Source: Ramazzottius varieornatus
Lineage: Eukaryota > Animalia > Tardigrada
NCBI GenBank assembly: GCA_001949185.1
Contig: BDGG01000001.1
Coordinates: 2,745,324 to 2,809,323, forward strand
Direction: 5' to 3'
Length of the DNA: 64,000 nucleotides
The notes beneath the pieces are model-generated. The model was not told where the DNA came from. It saw only the letters and a list, made by a program, of their open reading frames with translations, and did no database searches. The position numbers were made by a program, and so were the translations under genes. Positions within the stretch are counted from its first letter, which is position 1, and the number at the start of each line of letters is the position of its first letter. This document shows, in pieces, positions 1 to 13,400 of the stretch.

Positions 1-1134
1 GGCTGGACGATGTTTGGACGTGCCCGATGACGCTAATTAGTCACATTACTTTGGATTTGTTTTCGCGCATGATGGATCTTGCATGTGGACCACTCCTTGG
101 CTAATGAGCTTCGTTTTGGTGAGGACTGATGGATGAGGGGAAATCTCTTTGTCAGGGGGGATTAGATTACAAGAGAGACTGATGAGCCGATTTCGCTACT
201 CTTTTCCGTAATCAAGTCCTTGGGTTAGTGCGTGCTGGGCGCTCGGAAAGTATCGAGATCTCGCAATGTAGTTGGATCTCCGTGATGTGGATGAAAATGC
301 CGATGGCGCAAACGGGAAGTCGTCGACTCTGCGTGTGACGGATGCGAAAGCTGATGTGAAGCAGCAGCCACATTGCAGAGTGCTTCTTTGTTTGTTTGAC
401 TTTGACAGGGCCCAAATTGACGAGCTGGCTTGACATCAGTGTACAGCAAAGTCAGTAGCCTAACTTCAGGGGAAAATTTCGAGCGATTTGGAGCAGTGAG
501 CAAGTTAGAAAATCTGGTCTGAGAAATATGTGAAGGAAGGCTAAAATTAGGCTTGAAATTATGTTATGCTCCAGTATCTATGCGTGATGCGAATGAGCAA
601 TCACTACTGTGTGCAGCAGTAGCCAGCTTGATGAAGTTGATGCGAGCGCAGATGCGGAATGTGTAACGGCAGCTGAGCCAAGTGAAAATATGATCTGCTT
701 TCAATAACATCCCTCAACTTCAACTCCCGTGTTTTGTCTGTGGTAGTGGATAAGATCTTTCAGTCAAAGCATCTTCTGTTGTTGTCGCTCTGATCTGCTC
801 GATCTGCTCTGATTCGATTCGACTCTTCCTCGTATTTTTGTTTCGTCGCTCTTGAGCATCCTCTCGAGTATCTTCTCAGGAATGTTTTCTAACTGTGCGG
901 GAACGGTATGTGATTTTCCAAGTCGGTCTCTGACGGGAAGCCGTCGAGAACTGTCGGGAAAACCCGGAATGAGTTCTTGACAGCTCTTGATGGTGTTGTG
1001 TTATCCGATCCTATGACACCACCCAAGTCTGTTGGCCCATCAAAATTTATAAGGATGACAGTGGGCGTTGACAATTATATATTCGTGATTCTCATTGAAA
1101 TTCGCTAATTGGATTTTCCGTTTTGTTTTTGCAG

Positions 1135-3490
1135 CAAACTGACCTGGACGACGAAGTGCCAGCAAGTCTGAACAGCGAAGCAAAAAGCGACACCTCATCC
1201 AGTAATGGAGTGGGTACGGAGGTATCGTCGGGAACCGGAAGTCGCGCCGGTAGCGTTACAGCTTCCACCGCGACTTCGACCTCAACACAAGTGTCATCCT
1301 CCGCCGCACAAGCTGCCGTAGCTGCCCACACTTCCCCGAAGGCGGCTCTGGATGCGCCTCCGAAGCGGCTGCATGTCTCGAATATCCCCTTCCGGTTCCG
1401 AGACCCTGACTTGCGCGCGTTATTCGAGGTACCCATATTGACCTATCGTTTCCTCGAATATTCCGTAATAGTCTGTGATATCCGTTTCAGCCTTTCGGAA
1501 ACGTGACTCAAGTCGAAATCATCTTCAACGATAGAGGATCAAAGGTAAACTTTTCGTTCGTTTTCAACAAAATGTAGAATCACTGTTGATGGATGAGGAC
1601 TCATGAAGTTATTAAGCCCAGCATGCGCTTTATTCTCTGATTGTTATTTAATTGTCCCTTGTAACTCTACACTGGATATGTAATCCTGCAGTTGCACTTT
1701 TCCATTGCGTTGAACGGGTTAATCAAGTGGCTGTCTTTTGCATGCCTTCAGGGATTTGGTTTCGTGACCTATCAGAATGCATCCGACGCTGACCGGGCGA
1801 AAGAACACCTAAACGGCTCCGCGGTTGATGGACGTAAGATTGAGGTGCGCATGGTTTGGCTTTATCCAGCATTTACTCTCTATTTTTTGTCCGCATATTG
1901 TATCGTTCAAATGCCTGTGTAATATATTCATTTTAATGGTCGTCGGGAATGCAAACGGCAGTCGAGTCTTTCCAAGTCGTTCCACTGTTGCACACCACTC
2001 CGTTCTTATTTCTCCGTTCCGCCTCAGCCTGAAAACTCCATGCGCAGCATAACCTTTTTGACCGGTCGCGGGCGTTCGTTCGACGACTGCCTTCGTTCTC
2101 TTTACCGTAACCTTTTCGTTAATTGCGCACTGAGCCTAACCCTTTGATGAACCCGAAACAAGGCCTTTCTTTCATGTGCGCACATCAAGATGGGTTATTT
2201 CGGTGATGGCAGCCTTTAACGTCTCTTGCATCTTCTCTTCGTTAAATATTTTGATTTAAGCATGCTCTAATTGAAGGATGTGACAAAAGTCGAGGCCTCT
2301 TGGCATTCATTAGCTTAATAGAAATTTTTCCTTTGAACTTTTCAGTATGTGACAGTGGGGGCTTGAGCGACAAGCCGAGAATCATAAATGGATTTCAACT
2401 TCGGGATTGAACACTGCCGCAGGTACTTTACAGCGCCAGAGCCGAAAGCCTTTGATGCCGTTTGCAACCCTCGATCGCTCTTCCTTCGCTGCTGGTTATA
2501 GCTCTTGACTTGTTCGTTCATGTTATTTTTGTACCCGAACAGGTGAACGACGCAACCGCGAAAACAAACAGCAAGATGACGTCGTCGGCGAAGCCTGCCG
2601 GCAGCACCACGTTTCGTAAGTTCGTCACGAATGTTTGTTTTTCGTTCTCATAGTGCTGGTTTAGTGACAAGTATGTTTTCTTTCGATGCAGCTGCGCGAG
2701 TTCACGTGGTGGGAGCCCCCGTTACTCAGAGGAACCGCTCGACGAGCCTTCTCCGAACCCAGCCCTACCAGACTGCGCTCCTGGCACGGAACGCCCAAGC
2801 TCTGGGTGCTCATAACCTCTACCAGGCGGCAGGACTTTACACGGATCCATACATCCTGGCTGGCCTCAATGTAAGTTCCAGAATCCAGTGTAAAAAGACT
2901 TCAAGTACGAGGAGCAAAATCTCACTTTGCTCAGCTTACAACTTTGCTCACCATACGTCATGAGCTATGCGCAGGCTTCTTAGGCTTCGTGACGTAGATA
3001 GGTAAAGTTGCACGCTGAGCAAAGTAAGAGCTCGCTACTAAACGAACGGTCATATAGGAAAAAACTATTCGAAAAATCATATCAGATCAATATTTGGTTG
3101 TTATGTTGTTTCCGAGTGATGAATGCGTGTATCTGTCTTTATCTTGTAGATGAACAACCTCGCTGCGGTGGCAGCGAGCGCTCGAGCGACGAATCCTTAC
3201 TCGCAACTGACAGCAGCTGCAGCTAGCCAGAATGGCGTGCAGGCGCAAATCCTCGCGGCCTTGTCTGCTTGCCAAAATAATGTCAATACGAGGTACGTTA
3301 GACAGGCTATTCTATTTGCAAAAATAGGTATGAACAAGGATCATGGTGATTAGTAGCTTTTCCTGGTTGCAGTCGGGACTTTCTTGGTGGTAGTCAGATG
3401 GAGCTCCTAAATCGGCACGCGCTTGCTCAGATTTGGAATCCCAGCGCACCTCAAGCTCTCAATGGATCTTCGGCGTGGTTTCAGCAATAA
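1135..3490 (+). CDS. RBFOX1: RNA-binding Fox-1 family splicing regulator (RBFOX/Fox-1), spliced, 5' end not located; exons 1135-1428, 1491-1544, 1752-1844, 2543-2615, 2692-2870, 3150-3292, 3373-3490
   Basis: Spliced translation gives the diagnostic Fox [35 protein letters not shown]|[25 protein letters not shown]|VNDATAK, followed by an Ala/Tyr/Gln-rich tail. All junctions are GT-AG and phase-compatible. The last exon is less certain. Confidence 0.92.
1739..1853 (+). promoter_or_regulatory. RBFOX binding elements flanking the 93-nt RRM exon (TGCATG 1739-1744 in the 3' splice site; GCATG 1849-1853 in the 5' splice site)
   Basis: Motifs read directly from the sequence; (U)GCAUG is the established RBFOX target. 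Further GCATG at 1621-1625 and 2260-2264. Confidence 0.7.
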
Positions 3491-6400
3491 AGACTTGACA
3501 AGTCCGCCAGGGAAGATGCGATGGGTATTGTTGCCGTTCTAAACGTTGCCAAATTGAATTTTACTCCTAATGTTTGTTCCTTGTAAAAAGACTTAGTACT
3601 CATATGTCGAGCAGGTGTCCTGGACCCGTACATGTAATTCTGCTTGGTCTTTATACTACGCTGTTTCTCAACATAAGTTCCTGATCAAAAGCTATGCTCT
3701 GGCAGCTCAGTTGCCACTCGTTCTTTACTCATTTCTTAGAAGATCTGTTCGAGTTTCGTCACTTGTCTTGTTGTTCACCAAGATTATTTTGTTCCTCTCG
3801 GGTTTGACTTCATGGTTTCTGTTTAGCTTACCCATAATCTCATTCTGCAAAATGCCAGTCTCAAATGAAACATCTCGAATCATGTATCGCACATTTTCTC
3901 CGCAGTTTTTGTTAATGTGATATTGTATATCCAGAATGGCGGTTGAGCGCATGACGTACTACGGTTTGTGCCGCAACCCATCACGCCACCTGGCGAATCT
4001 GGGTGAAACGGCGGCCATTTTTATTTCGCACGCATCCAGAAAACTTCCACGGGATTGTGAATATTCGGAAGCGCAGGACCAACAACCAAAACTCGATTCT
4101 GCCGTTAGTTCCATTCGGTAAACGTCGTAGACGGCAAGCCGGTTGGTGTCCCAGGAGCCCATCAAAGTCAAACGTGCCGAACTGCCGATTCACATAGCCT
4201 AAGTGCATCGTTCTTCTCACCGTTCGCCGCGTTTCCAGAAAATTTGTCTTCCCCCAGCTTTGTCATCCCCCTTTCTTCATCCGGAATGAAAACGTCAGTT
4301 GATGTGGCTTGGGGATTCCCTTCCGTAATCTCGTCCGTGTTCCAGCAGTGAAGAGTTCGGGTAAGTCATTACGACTTCGCGAACGAAATGTCTTTAGGTG
4401 CCGACGGGAAGGACGTTCCTGACGGGACGTTCTTCTGAGAAATCTGATCGGAAGGCTAGGATTACGCCATGCCAACTCCAAGCATAGGACAAGCTCTGGA
4501 TGGAGAAGGAAGGATGGATACAGATCGTCAGAAGTTCCCGCAGAACGACGAGATCGGCACGATGTTGTGGTATGATGTTTCGTCATCGCCGTTGTGATTA
4601 TTACTTTGACGCTTGTTTCTCTCTTCCAGACTTTCCGCTGTGACGAGCGACATTGTTACTTTCCTTAGACACGGATTACCGCGTACGCCTCGTGGGGACT
4701 AAGGAGAAGAATTTGACAGCGGGCGAAGCTTTGAAGTAGGTTGTGTTTTCTTCTCGCTTGTCTGGAAATATTCTGTTGAGAGAATGACCGAAGCTTTGAG
4801 CGGATTTGTCGTGGTAGACGCGTCCATGGTGGTGGTCTTGTAACGTTTTATTCTTCGTTCACAGGCGTCGATTATTGGGATTTGATGGCGATTGCGGACG
4901 GCAAACAAGACGCAGGTATGTTTTGTAGTCTGTCATGGTGTTTAACGTTTGGGAGAGGAAGAGTCGATTTCAGCAGGTTTGTGTGTGTCATTGTAGACTC
5001 GGCTAGCCATCATGACCGTTTGTTCCGGTTGTTCAGGTGAAGGCGGACGCGTGTACATTCTTGTCCAGTTTGTACAATGGCAAAATATGGCAATAAATAG
5101 ACAATACTCATAAACTGGCCAAACAATGTGTCGTAAGCTGGGCGCGAGGGCTCAACTTTGACGTATAAAATTGGAGCAGTCGCTCTGTGAATTGCTTTAA
5201 AGTGAATTCTCAGTTTCGAGCATGACCAGTATGACGGGAGAGCACATTCTCGGGTAAGTTCTCGCAGTCGTCGTCGTTCTTGATTTCGTTTCCTGATCCC
5301 GACTTGCCTCCCCCGTTCCAGATGCGCAGTATGCGTTTTCTGTTGTTTTTTTCCAAAAATCGCTGGTCCAACCCTTTCTTGAAACATCCTGAACCTTGAA
5401 TAGCTTTTGAGTGGATAGCATTACAAATAGCAGTACCGGGAACTCGTGAAGAAAATTCCTTGTTTTCTGGGGAAGAACTCTGTTGATGGAAACGGTCTTG
5501 ATCAAAAGAATTTCCTTCGTAGAGATGAGGCGCCATTATCGGCCTTAGACTTTCGGCTATCGAGACAGATGGTGGACGGTTGGATGACATGTTGCGTCTC
5601 TTATCAAGGTAAATAGTTTTACTGTGGGAGACAAGTTTTTGAAGTTGTCCCGTAATCGCGTCGTAGATAATATTTTCTCGCTTGTCTAGGAAGTATTTTT
5701 AACGCTGACCTAACAACAATTTTATTTGATCGCTTGACTTCGTGCTTTTACGATCCTACTTATCTTATCGTTTATTTGCCATTTAGGCGTTTCGTTATCG
5801 AGAAGGACGAACGCCGCTCTTCAGCGGCGCGGATCCAGAAGGACGATTTAGCCGGAACGGCTAGTTCAAGCATAAGTGTAAGTTCAGTCGAAATCAGTGA
5901 GTCGTTTTATCGGGTTCTACTATAACTTTTCATCAAAGTTTTGGTACCGCTATCTACCGGGAAAATATTGTGTTATATTTTAATCAAGAAAATGGCATGT
6001 GTTAATCTCAGCCTGGTAGTGCTGAATGGTCGCTGTGTCAAATGTCACACTACCAGCTGTGATTGATCCATTCTTTTTTTAGACTCGACGATAACAACGC
6101 TTCACCCTTACTCTACTTGTCGCTAATACCATGACAGAGTACCTGTCTTCATTGGATTGGCTGACACACCGCAGTGACGAGTGCGCCATTGTCGCAAAGT
6201 GACATATTCTTAGTAACAGCTTGATCTATGAGTATTGCTTCGGTACTGATTAGAAAACGTTAATCGGTACTGTAAGGCATTGCTCGTCGATCACCTGTGA
6301 AACACCTTCATTCTGCCTCCTCCAAGTTCGCTGCCGTTCGGCATGGTCCAGCCGGAAACACGGTTTCGGGTTCCCAGGTAAGGTGAAACCACTTCTGGTT

Positions 6401-7133
6401 CCACCGGCTGCTTGAGCTGCAGTCAAAGGTACCTTACGGCCTCGTAGTTTTCTTTTCGAAGTGCAGAAGAATCAGCCGGGCATATGGGAGTTACAACTGA
6501 CCACTCTTGAAAATGTATACTGTTATGATGTTGTGCTGAAGAACCTTTGCAGAGTTTCCGACAGTATGGTCGGGTTCGCAGGACGCCTCAGACACATTGT
6601 CACACTATGGCCCGGAATAGCGCCGACTTTTGTGAGGCTAGGCCGTGGCTTTGTCTGCTACGTTGAACGTATATGGCGCAAGTGTAGGCTCTTGGTGTGA
6701 GGTGGAAGGAAACGGATGATTGCACTGTCAACAGCACGGATCAAGAGTGCCACACCTGGCATCGTCTATAGCAATGAGAGCGAGAAAATCGTAAAGTCTG
6801 CTCTGTAAGTGCTCGTAAAAGGAAGTTTACTCTGATTATTATACCCAGCTATACAAGGTCCAAAAGTTCCCTGCGGTTCTCAAACCGCTCTACAGTGCCG
6901 CTTAGGAGTACCGCTTTGCGGCAATCAACTTCGCAGTTTCAACAGCCGAGAGCAGATTCATCCTGCTTAACATCGACACCAGACAGGGGCTCCTAAATCT
7001 TAATTAGAATCTGGAGAAAGACGTAGTTCTAAACCTCGCAGAGACTTGCAGTGTTTTCCGGTACGTAGGGAATTCGCTCACTTCCCCTCGAGGAACCGCA
7101 AAGAAACGAAGAAGTAACGCGCGAAGTCCCATT

Positions 7134-7147
7134 GTCGCTCTAGCAAC
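7134..7147 (+). promoter_or_regulatory. Candidate RFX X-box upstream of the axonemal dynein gene
   Basis: GTCGCT-CT-AGCAAC fits GTNRCY(N0-3)RGYAAC and lies ~330 bp before ATG 7473; X-boxes are typical of ciliary genes. Confidence 0.4.
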
Positions 7148-7472
7148 AGATGGTCCGTCCATTTCTTCCTCTACAGAAGTATGAAAACGCAGCTGTGGCG
7201 CATGACTGTTTCCATGTTCTAGTAAAACCATCTGGGAAACCAAGCGGCTTTTCTCTGAGGCATAGAACTGAAACCGTAAGCCAGTGGCCGTTTTGGCGGG
7301 AAATTTGATTGTATTTAGTAACATTACCACACCACTGCAGCACATCCTATTTAGGATCGGCTGATTTGGTTTTTGTTTGATTGACCAATGTGAGATTACA
7401 ACAAGAAACTTGAACCGGAAGCCGTCTTTGGTCGTTAGTCGTTACCTTCGGGCTTCGCAATATCGTTAAGTC

Positions 7473-10400
7473 ATGGAATCCGAAGATGGGCAGCGGAAGC
7501 TATCTGCTCCATTGTACAAGTTCCTTTGCCGTCGTCTCTCCGTTGGATTCGGAATACCTCACGAAACTGCGGAATCGTTGCTGGCTGCTAGTAAAGAGGT
7601 GATCGATAAACTTAATGTTACTGTATTTGCGTGTCCGACTCTCCGTGTGGACACTATCGTACCTTCCTCGTAGGTCCTCGTTGCATTCGATGAGTTTGTG
7701 AAAGCTGATGGGAAGCAAGTGCTGTTTGTCATCTTTCACCGTTCAGGTAAGCTGGCCTGTACTTCGTGTTAGCAAAGATGCCGATGGTCGTCTTCCATGC
7801 AGGCTCTTGGGTTCTTACAGATGCAACAAGTGGGACGGGGTACTTTACTACGCACGAGATGGACACGGACGCGGTGCACCAAGATACCATATACCTGTTG
7901 AAAATTAACAAGCATACCACACTCACGGATAAGAATATACAGGAAGTAAGTCTGCTGGATCGCCTGGGTGTTTGGATTTTTGATAGCACCTGCTAATGCA
8001 TGTACCTGGTGACTGTGGTTCGTGAACGACAGCTTTGTTCTTGTCCAGGAAACGTCTTTCGGGGTACTGAACACCTCCAAGTATTCTGGAGTCTGTGCGT
8101 GTTTGTCAGACAAGCTGTCCAGGATAAAGTCTGTTCTCGCTGCATGGGAAAATAGTATCCAGTCGGATGACTACCTGCTCAGCACCGAGCGATCGCCCTT
8201 CTTCCTTCGTCTCATGGACGAGACTATAGCTAGTTTCAGAGGTATTACATTATATTCTCTATTCAATCCGTGGGGTTGATCTTCGAGACTCTTTTTATGG
8301 TTGCTGCCGAAGAGCTGTCCGTGAGTTCACTTCCGGTTCGCTAGCAGTTGAAATCGTCCGTCTTCGTTTTCAGAAACTGAACAAGCCGTGGTGGAGTCCA
8401 GTGCCTTATCCCTTGCTGACTGGCTCCCGCAAGAACGGAAGCATGTCAATGTGGAGGAAAGGATCAGAGTTGGTTCGATCGGAACGGTGTACAACACGGT
8501 TACGCACACACTAAGAGAAATAGCCAATGTACGTATGTGAAAACTAAAAATGGCGTGTCGATTTTACTATGTTGGTTAACCCTGTTTGCGATTTTCATAG
8601 ATAAACGCGCAAGCTTTCGACAATGCCGTGTTCCTCGGGAATAAGCCTGATGGTCGCGGCAGCGATATCATGGAAGAAGTCTTCGTCTGGAGGTCGGCCG
8701 TAATCAAGTTCTACAGGATATTACACATGCTGCGGTCCGAACCTTTCCAGCAGGCCATGACGGTCTTCATAAAGAACGAAGACGACGAAGAAAAGCGGCA
8801 GCAGACTCAAGAACTATGGTCCAAACTCGTCACAAGAACGTCCGATGTGTTCGGCGACGTCAGAAAGATATACGCGAAACTGCTGGAATGCGCGGATAAG
8901 TTCTACGTCCTCTTCCACCCCAACATGGTATGACTAAAACAATTTCGCAGTTCATTTTTGCTACTAGTTTTCCGTTAGACAGAATAGAATTCTGTTTTCC
9001 GGTTCTTTGTGCATATAATTTCTTTATAGTGATTTTTATTTAGAAACAAGTGAACGAAAACTTGCCGGCGTTGATCAGCTGGATCTGTACCACGGAGTTC
9101 TCTTCCAAGAACTTTGGCGATCGATGGCGGTCCTCCGCTCTTGTGAAGCTTTCCAGCATGCTTATGAAGCGAATCTACCTCGCACTGACTCCTCCCGGCC
9201 AAGAGCACCTATTCGACAAGGACTACTTACAGGCTGTGGATCTACTGCGAGATTGCGATGGCGCCATTCAGACTTACCTCCAACATGCAGCGAACCACGG
9301 TTCATTGGCGTACTCAAACCACAACTTCGACCAACTAAGGCTATTGGGAATCAGGATAAAGAAGGTGAGTCCAGATAGAGTTCTTGCACGTCCTGATGTG
9401 TGGATTGATGCTTGGTTCCTGTGTTGCAGATTGCACGCATCTTCCAGCATTTCATGGAGTACTTCAAATGGTGGAACCTGCACGTCTTTGGAATGGACCA
9501 GTCGCTTTTTCACATGGAACACGCCTTTACATTGTTCAAGCAACGCTTACAGGAGATGTTTAACATCGACAGCCCAGCGTTCGAGAATGACTGCCGAGAC
9601 TTCACAAAGTTCTTCCTGCGATGCAGCGTAAGACATGCATCTCAGTAGTCCTTAGTCCCATTACATTTCAGAAAAAGGTTCTTCAGATATAACAATGTGA
9701 TTTACTTTTGCGTTTAGGGTGAAGCTGCAGCCGCTTACGCGAACGTTTTGAAGAGCTCGGACAGTACTTCCGAACTGCTAGAACTCGGAACCAAGTATGT
9801 TGACGCTGAATGCCGGCTTCCAGTACAGTATGTGTTGGCGACATATTCTAATTATCAGATCTGTTCCTATTCAGATTGAGGCTTTTGAGTAAACAACAGC
9901 AGGATATTCTCAGACAGTACTGGGATTCCTCAGAGACGGTGAAGGGAAGTCAAGATGAAACCGCAGCGTTGGTAGGCAAGCCTCTTCTCGTCCTTCCTAC
10001 CATATTCTCTGTGGTGCTGCCGTATAATAGGCAGAATCACTTCGGTTAGGTAGAAACCGGACAGATTACCCAACGAATGCCGAAGTATTGTACCTCCAAC
10101 GCAAGCCTAGCTTGGTTTTGCGAGTTCAACGCCGAGCTGTTGCGGTACCATATCCACTGCCTAGAAGTCATCGACAAGGTCTGCCATATGCCTGGGTTTG
10201 CCAATGAGCACTCTGGCTACATTAGCAGACTAGCGTCCTTCCAAAGTATCTGTGGAGCCTACTGGAAGCGGAGAGCTTACTGGATGAACCAAGGCTTGCC
10301 TGAAGGTATGTAAGTCCCTTTACTTCATTATGAATGACTCCACAGCACTGGGAAAGGTTGTTTATGTAGCGCTTAAGGCAACGTTGTTCGTCCGAAGCAC

Positions 10401-13400
10401 CATTGAAGATCACACGAATCCGGCGAAAGGCATCCGGTTGAACTTGAACACGGAACTGCTGCAAGTTCTGGATGATCAGAGGTTCGTTGCGCAGAACAAG
10501 CAGCAGACCACTTCCGAGAGCGTCCTGAACTATTTCACGAAACTGGGTCCTGCGGAGCTCAGTCGGGACTTCGAGGTACTTCCACCCCTTTTCCTTTGTA
10601 CCATCGCTATCACAGCAAAGTGACATACCGTTCATACGAGCCTGACGTGGAGGGTTTTGCAGGAGTTTCTGAGGCGTATGGTCAATCTGCAGTCCAAAGC
10701 GCCTCACGCTCTGAAAGAGCTTCTGACAGTAGGGACCTTCGAATCACAGACTCTGGTCCATCTGGGTGTTTCACGGTACAAGTGGAAGAACGTGATGAAC
10801 GAGTTTGTGGGACTATTCGGCAAGATGATAAAGACCCTGCATCACTGCGAATACGTCAACACAAAGGTCAGGCTGGATTATTCTACCGACTCGGAAGTTG
10901 GACCGGAGGCGATACACAAATTACTGCCGCGCACCCACTGGTTACCTTTGTAGGTCTTGGACACTTACTCGTCCAAACTTGACCAGATATGTAACCATAT
11001 CTCTCTGCTATGTATCACTCTCTTTGCCGAAAAAGGATGCTGGGACGCCTTGGAATTCCAACAAATCTTACCGGTAAGAGTAGATCACAAAAAAGTCCAA
11101 GTCGAATATTTTCCGAGCTTTTTTTCCTATGATAGATTTGGTTTGCACAAATCGTGAAGGATCTAGAGCATGCTAGCGCTACAGCTGAACTGGCTCTAAG
11201 TCACGCCAGTAACCTGATAGCCCACCTAACAGCTCCAACCCGGACGCAGTTCGATAAGGACATCAGTCCACTGTGGACCAAGCCTCCAAAAGTCATCATC
11301 AATCCTGACAATCCTCGGATTTCCGAAACGGTCAGAGATGAAAGTCGGCTAAACGAAGCTTTCCTTACTTACGCTTACTCGGCCATGCTGACCTTCGAAA
11401 GGATGATCTTCGGTGTGATGGAGAAAATGACGCTGACCACTTTGGAAGATATGGTTAACAAGCTGTTTCCGTTCAACAGGTAACTCAAATATGCTTTCTA
11501 AACTGTATTGAGCATTTTATTACCAAGTTATGTCAGACACATTACTTTGAACTCTTCCAGTTGCATCCGAGTCGAATGGTGGCGCAACATGTTCCATCAC
11601 GATTATCGCGCCTCCTATCAAGGGTTTGCCGGTACGAAGATCGGTAAGCCAGGTACGGATGGTGTCCATCTTGACCAAGAGGGACTGCCTTTCTTCCAAA
11701 TCAGCGTCGCCATTGTGAATGGGAAAGTGGTATGTGGACAACTTCACAGACTGTATTCGGCCCTGGTAATCCGAGTTCTTGACTTGGTTTTGTCTTTGCA
11801 GACGACGATACCGCCAGTCGCGGAAGCCCAAAGAGCAGCGAAGCTGGGAGCGTTAGCCATGGTTAAAATCCGAGACCAGATAACGAACTGGGGATACCGT
11901 CATATGGATGGTTCAGTAGATCCAGATCTTCAGAGAGACAGCGCAGACGGAGACTTCCTCGACCGGTCACCTGCTGAACAGAGCCGATTTTTGGAAGACC
12001 TTCTCGAAAAGATAGAAGGTAGACACAACGGCGCTTCACCGACTATACCATTACGCTGCATCCCATTATCTTTTATTTCAGCGGGTAAAACACCAAAGCG
12101 ACGGAAGTACAACTACGTCAACCGAAACTACTTGCTCGTCTGCGAGAGTTTCGTGGCATCGGTCGAAGAAGCCTACAAGCTACTACCTGACTGTGTCGCC
12201 CTCTACCTAGAGAAATTCGAGTTTCTGGCGCCTCTCTTCTCCACTCACAAGTCCTACATCGTAAAAGTAAGTCAACTATCGAAGACTTTCCGTTCTGGAG
12301 ATATTCGTAATAACTTTTTTGCTTTATAGGAATTCGGAGCCAAGAAGCCGACGATGAGTGACTACCGTAACATCCTCGACTACCTTCGCGTCCTGGAAGA
12401 GCGCATCGATGAGCTAAGTCCTTACGAGATCGTCTACTGTATCACACTGGATACGACCTTTCTAAAGAAGAGTGTCAAGCACGAGATCGACGAGTGGCGA
12501 CAAGCCATCGCGGGAGCACTGAAGACCCAAGCCAGTTTGAATCTAAAGGAGATCACCAACTTTTTGGAAGAACAAAGCAAAGTCTTGACCATCCCAACCG
12601 ACAACGTGGAAAACGCCAAGAAGATCCTCGTGGCAGTCGACCTCATACACGACAAACAAGTAGACGAAGACCAATTAATCGGTCCCATCGAGGTACGTTA
12701 GCAAAGTGAAAACATAATCAATATACTGCGTAGTTTCAGCAATTTTTCCATTCACAGGAGGCTTTCCACACGATCCAGAGCTTCGGTATCCAAATGTCCA
12801 AAGCCGAGATCGAGAGTGTTGATACGCTCCGGTACAACTTCGGAAAGCTCATAAACAAGTCAAAGGAGATGCAGGGTATCCTGCTTGGTATCCAGCCGAA
12901 GTTACGAACGGAAGTCGTGGAAGGCTTCAGCAAGTTCAACAAGGACGCCCTGGTCTACGTGGACGACTACGACACTAACGGACCCATGACACCTGGTATC
13001 GCACCACAAGAAGCCAGTGACCGACTGAACATATACCAGACTCGCTTCGACGACTTGTGGTAACCAAATCCTTTTTATCCTGGCAAAATAAATGGAAGCT
13101 CGGCAATCGAACTCGATAAAATGGTTTTCCCAAGTGGCGCACGTTTTCGGTGTTATTGGCTGAATGCGTGCGCCACTTGGAATAACGATCTTATCGTGTT
13201 TGTTTGGCCAGCTTTCTTACAGTAAATCAGAAGAAGCTTCCTAATATGGATGGGTTTTTTAGGAGAAGGTATGTTATCTACTCGGACGGTCTGGAAGTCT
13301 TCGGTCTGGAGTCTGCCGAGTACCCTGAGATGCTACGCATCAAGCGCGAGCTGGGTCTCCTGCAGAAGTTATACGGCCTGTACAACTTGGTCATGCAGAA

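Noticed and set aside
5210-5590. 126-aa minus-strand ORF and neighbouring ORFs in 4000-7400
   Set aside because: No recognisable domain and no consistent exon chain; they cannot be distinguished from chance ORFs without expression data.
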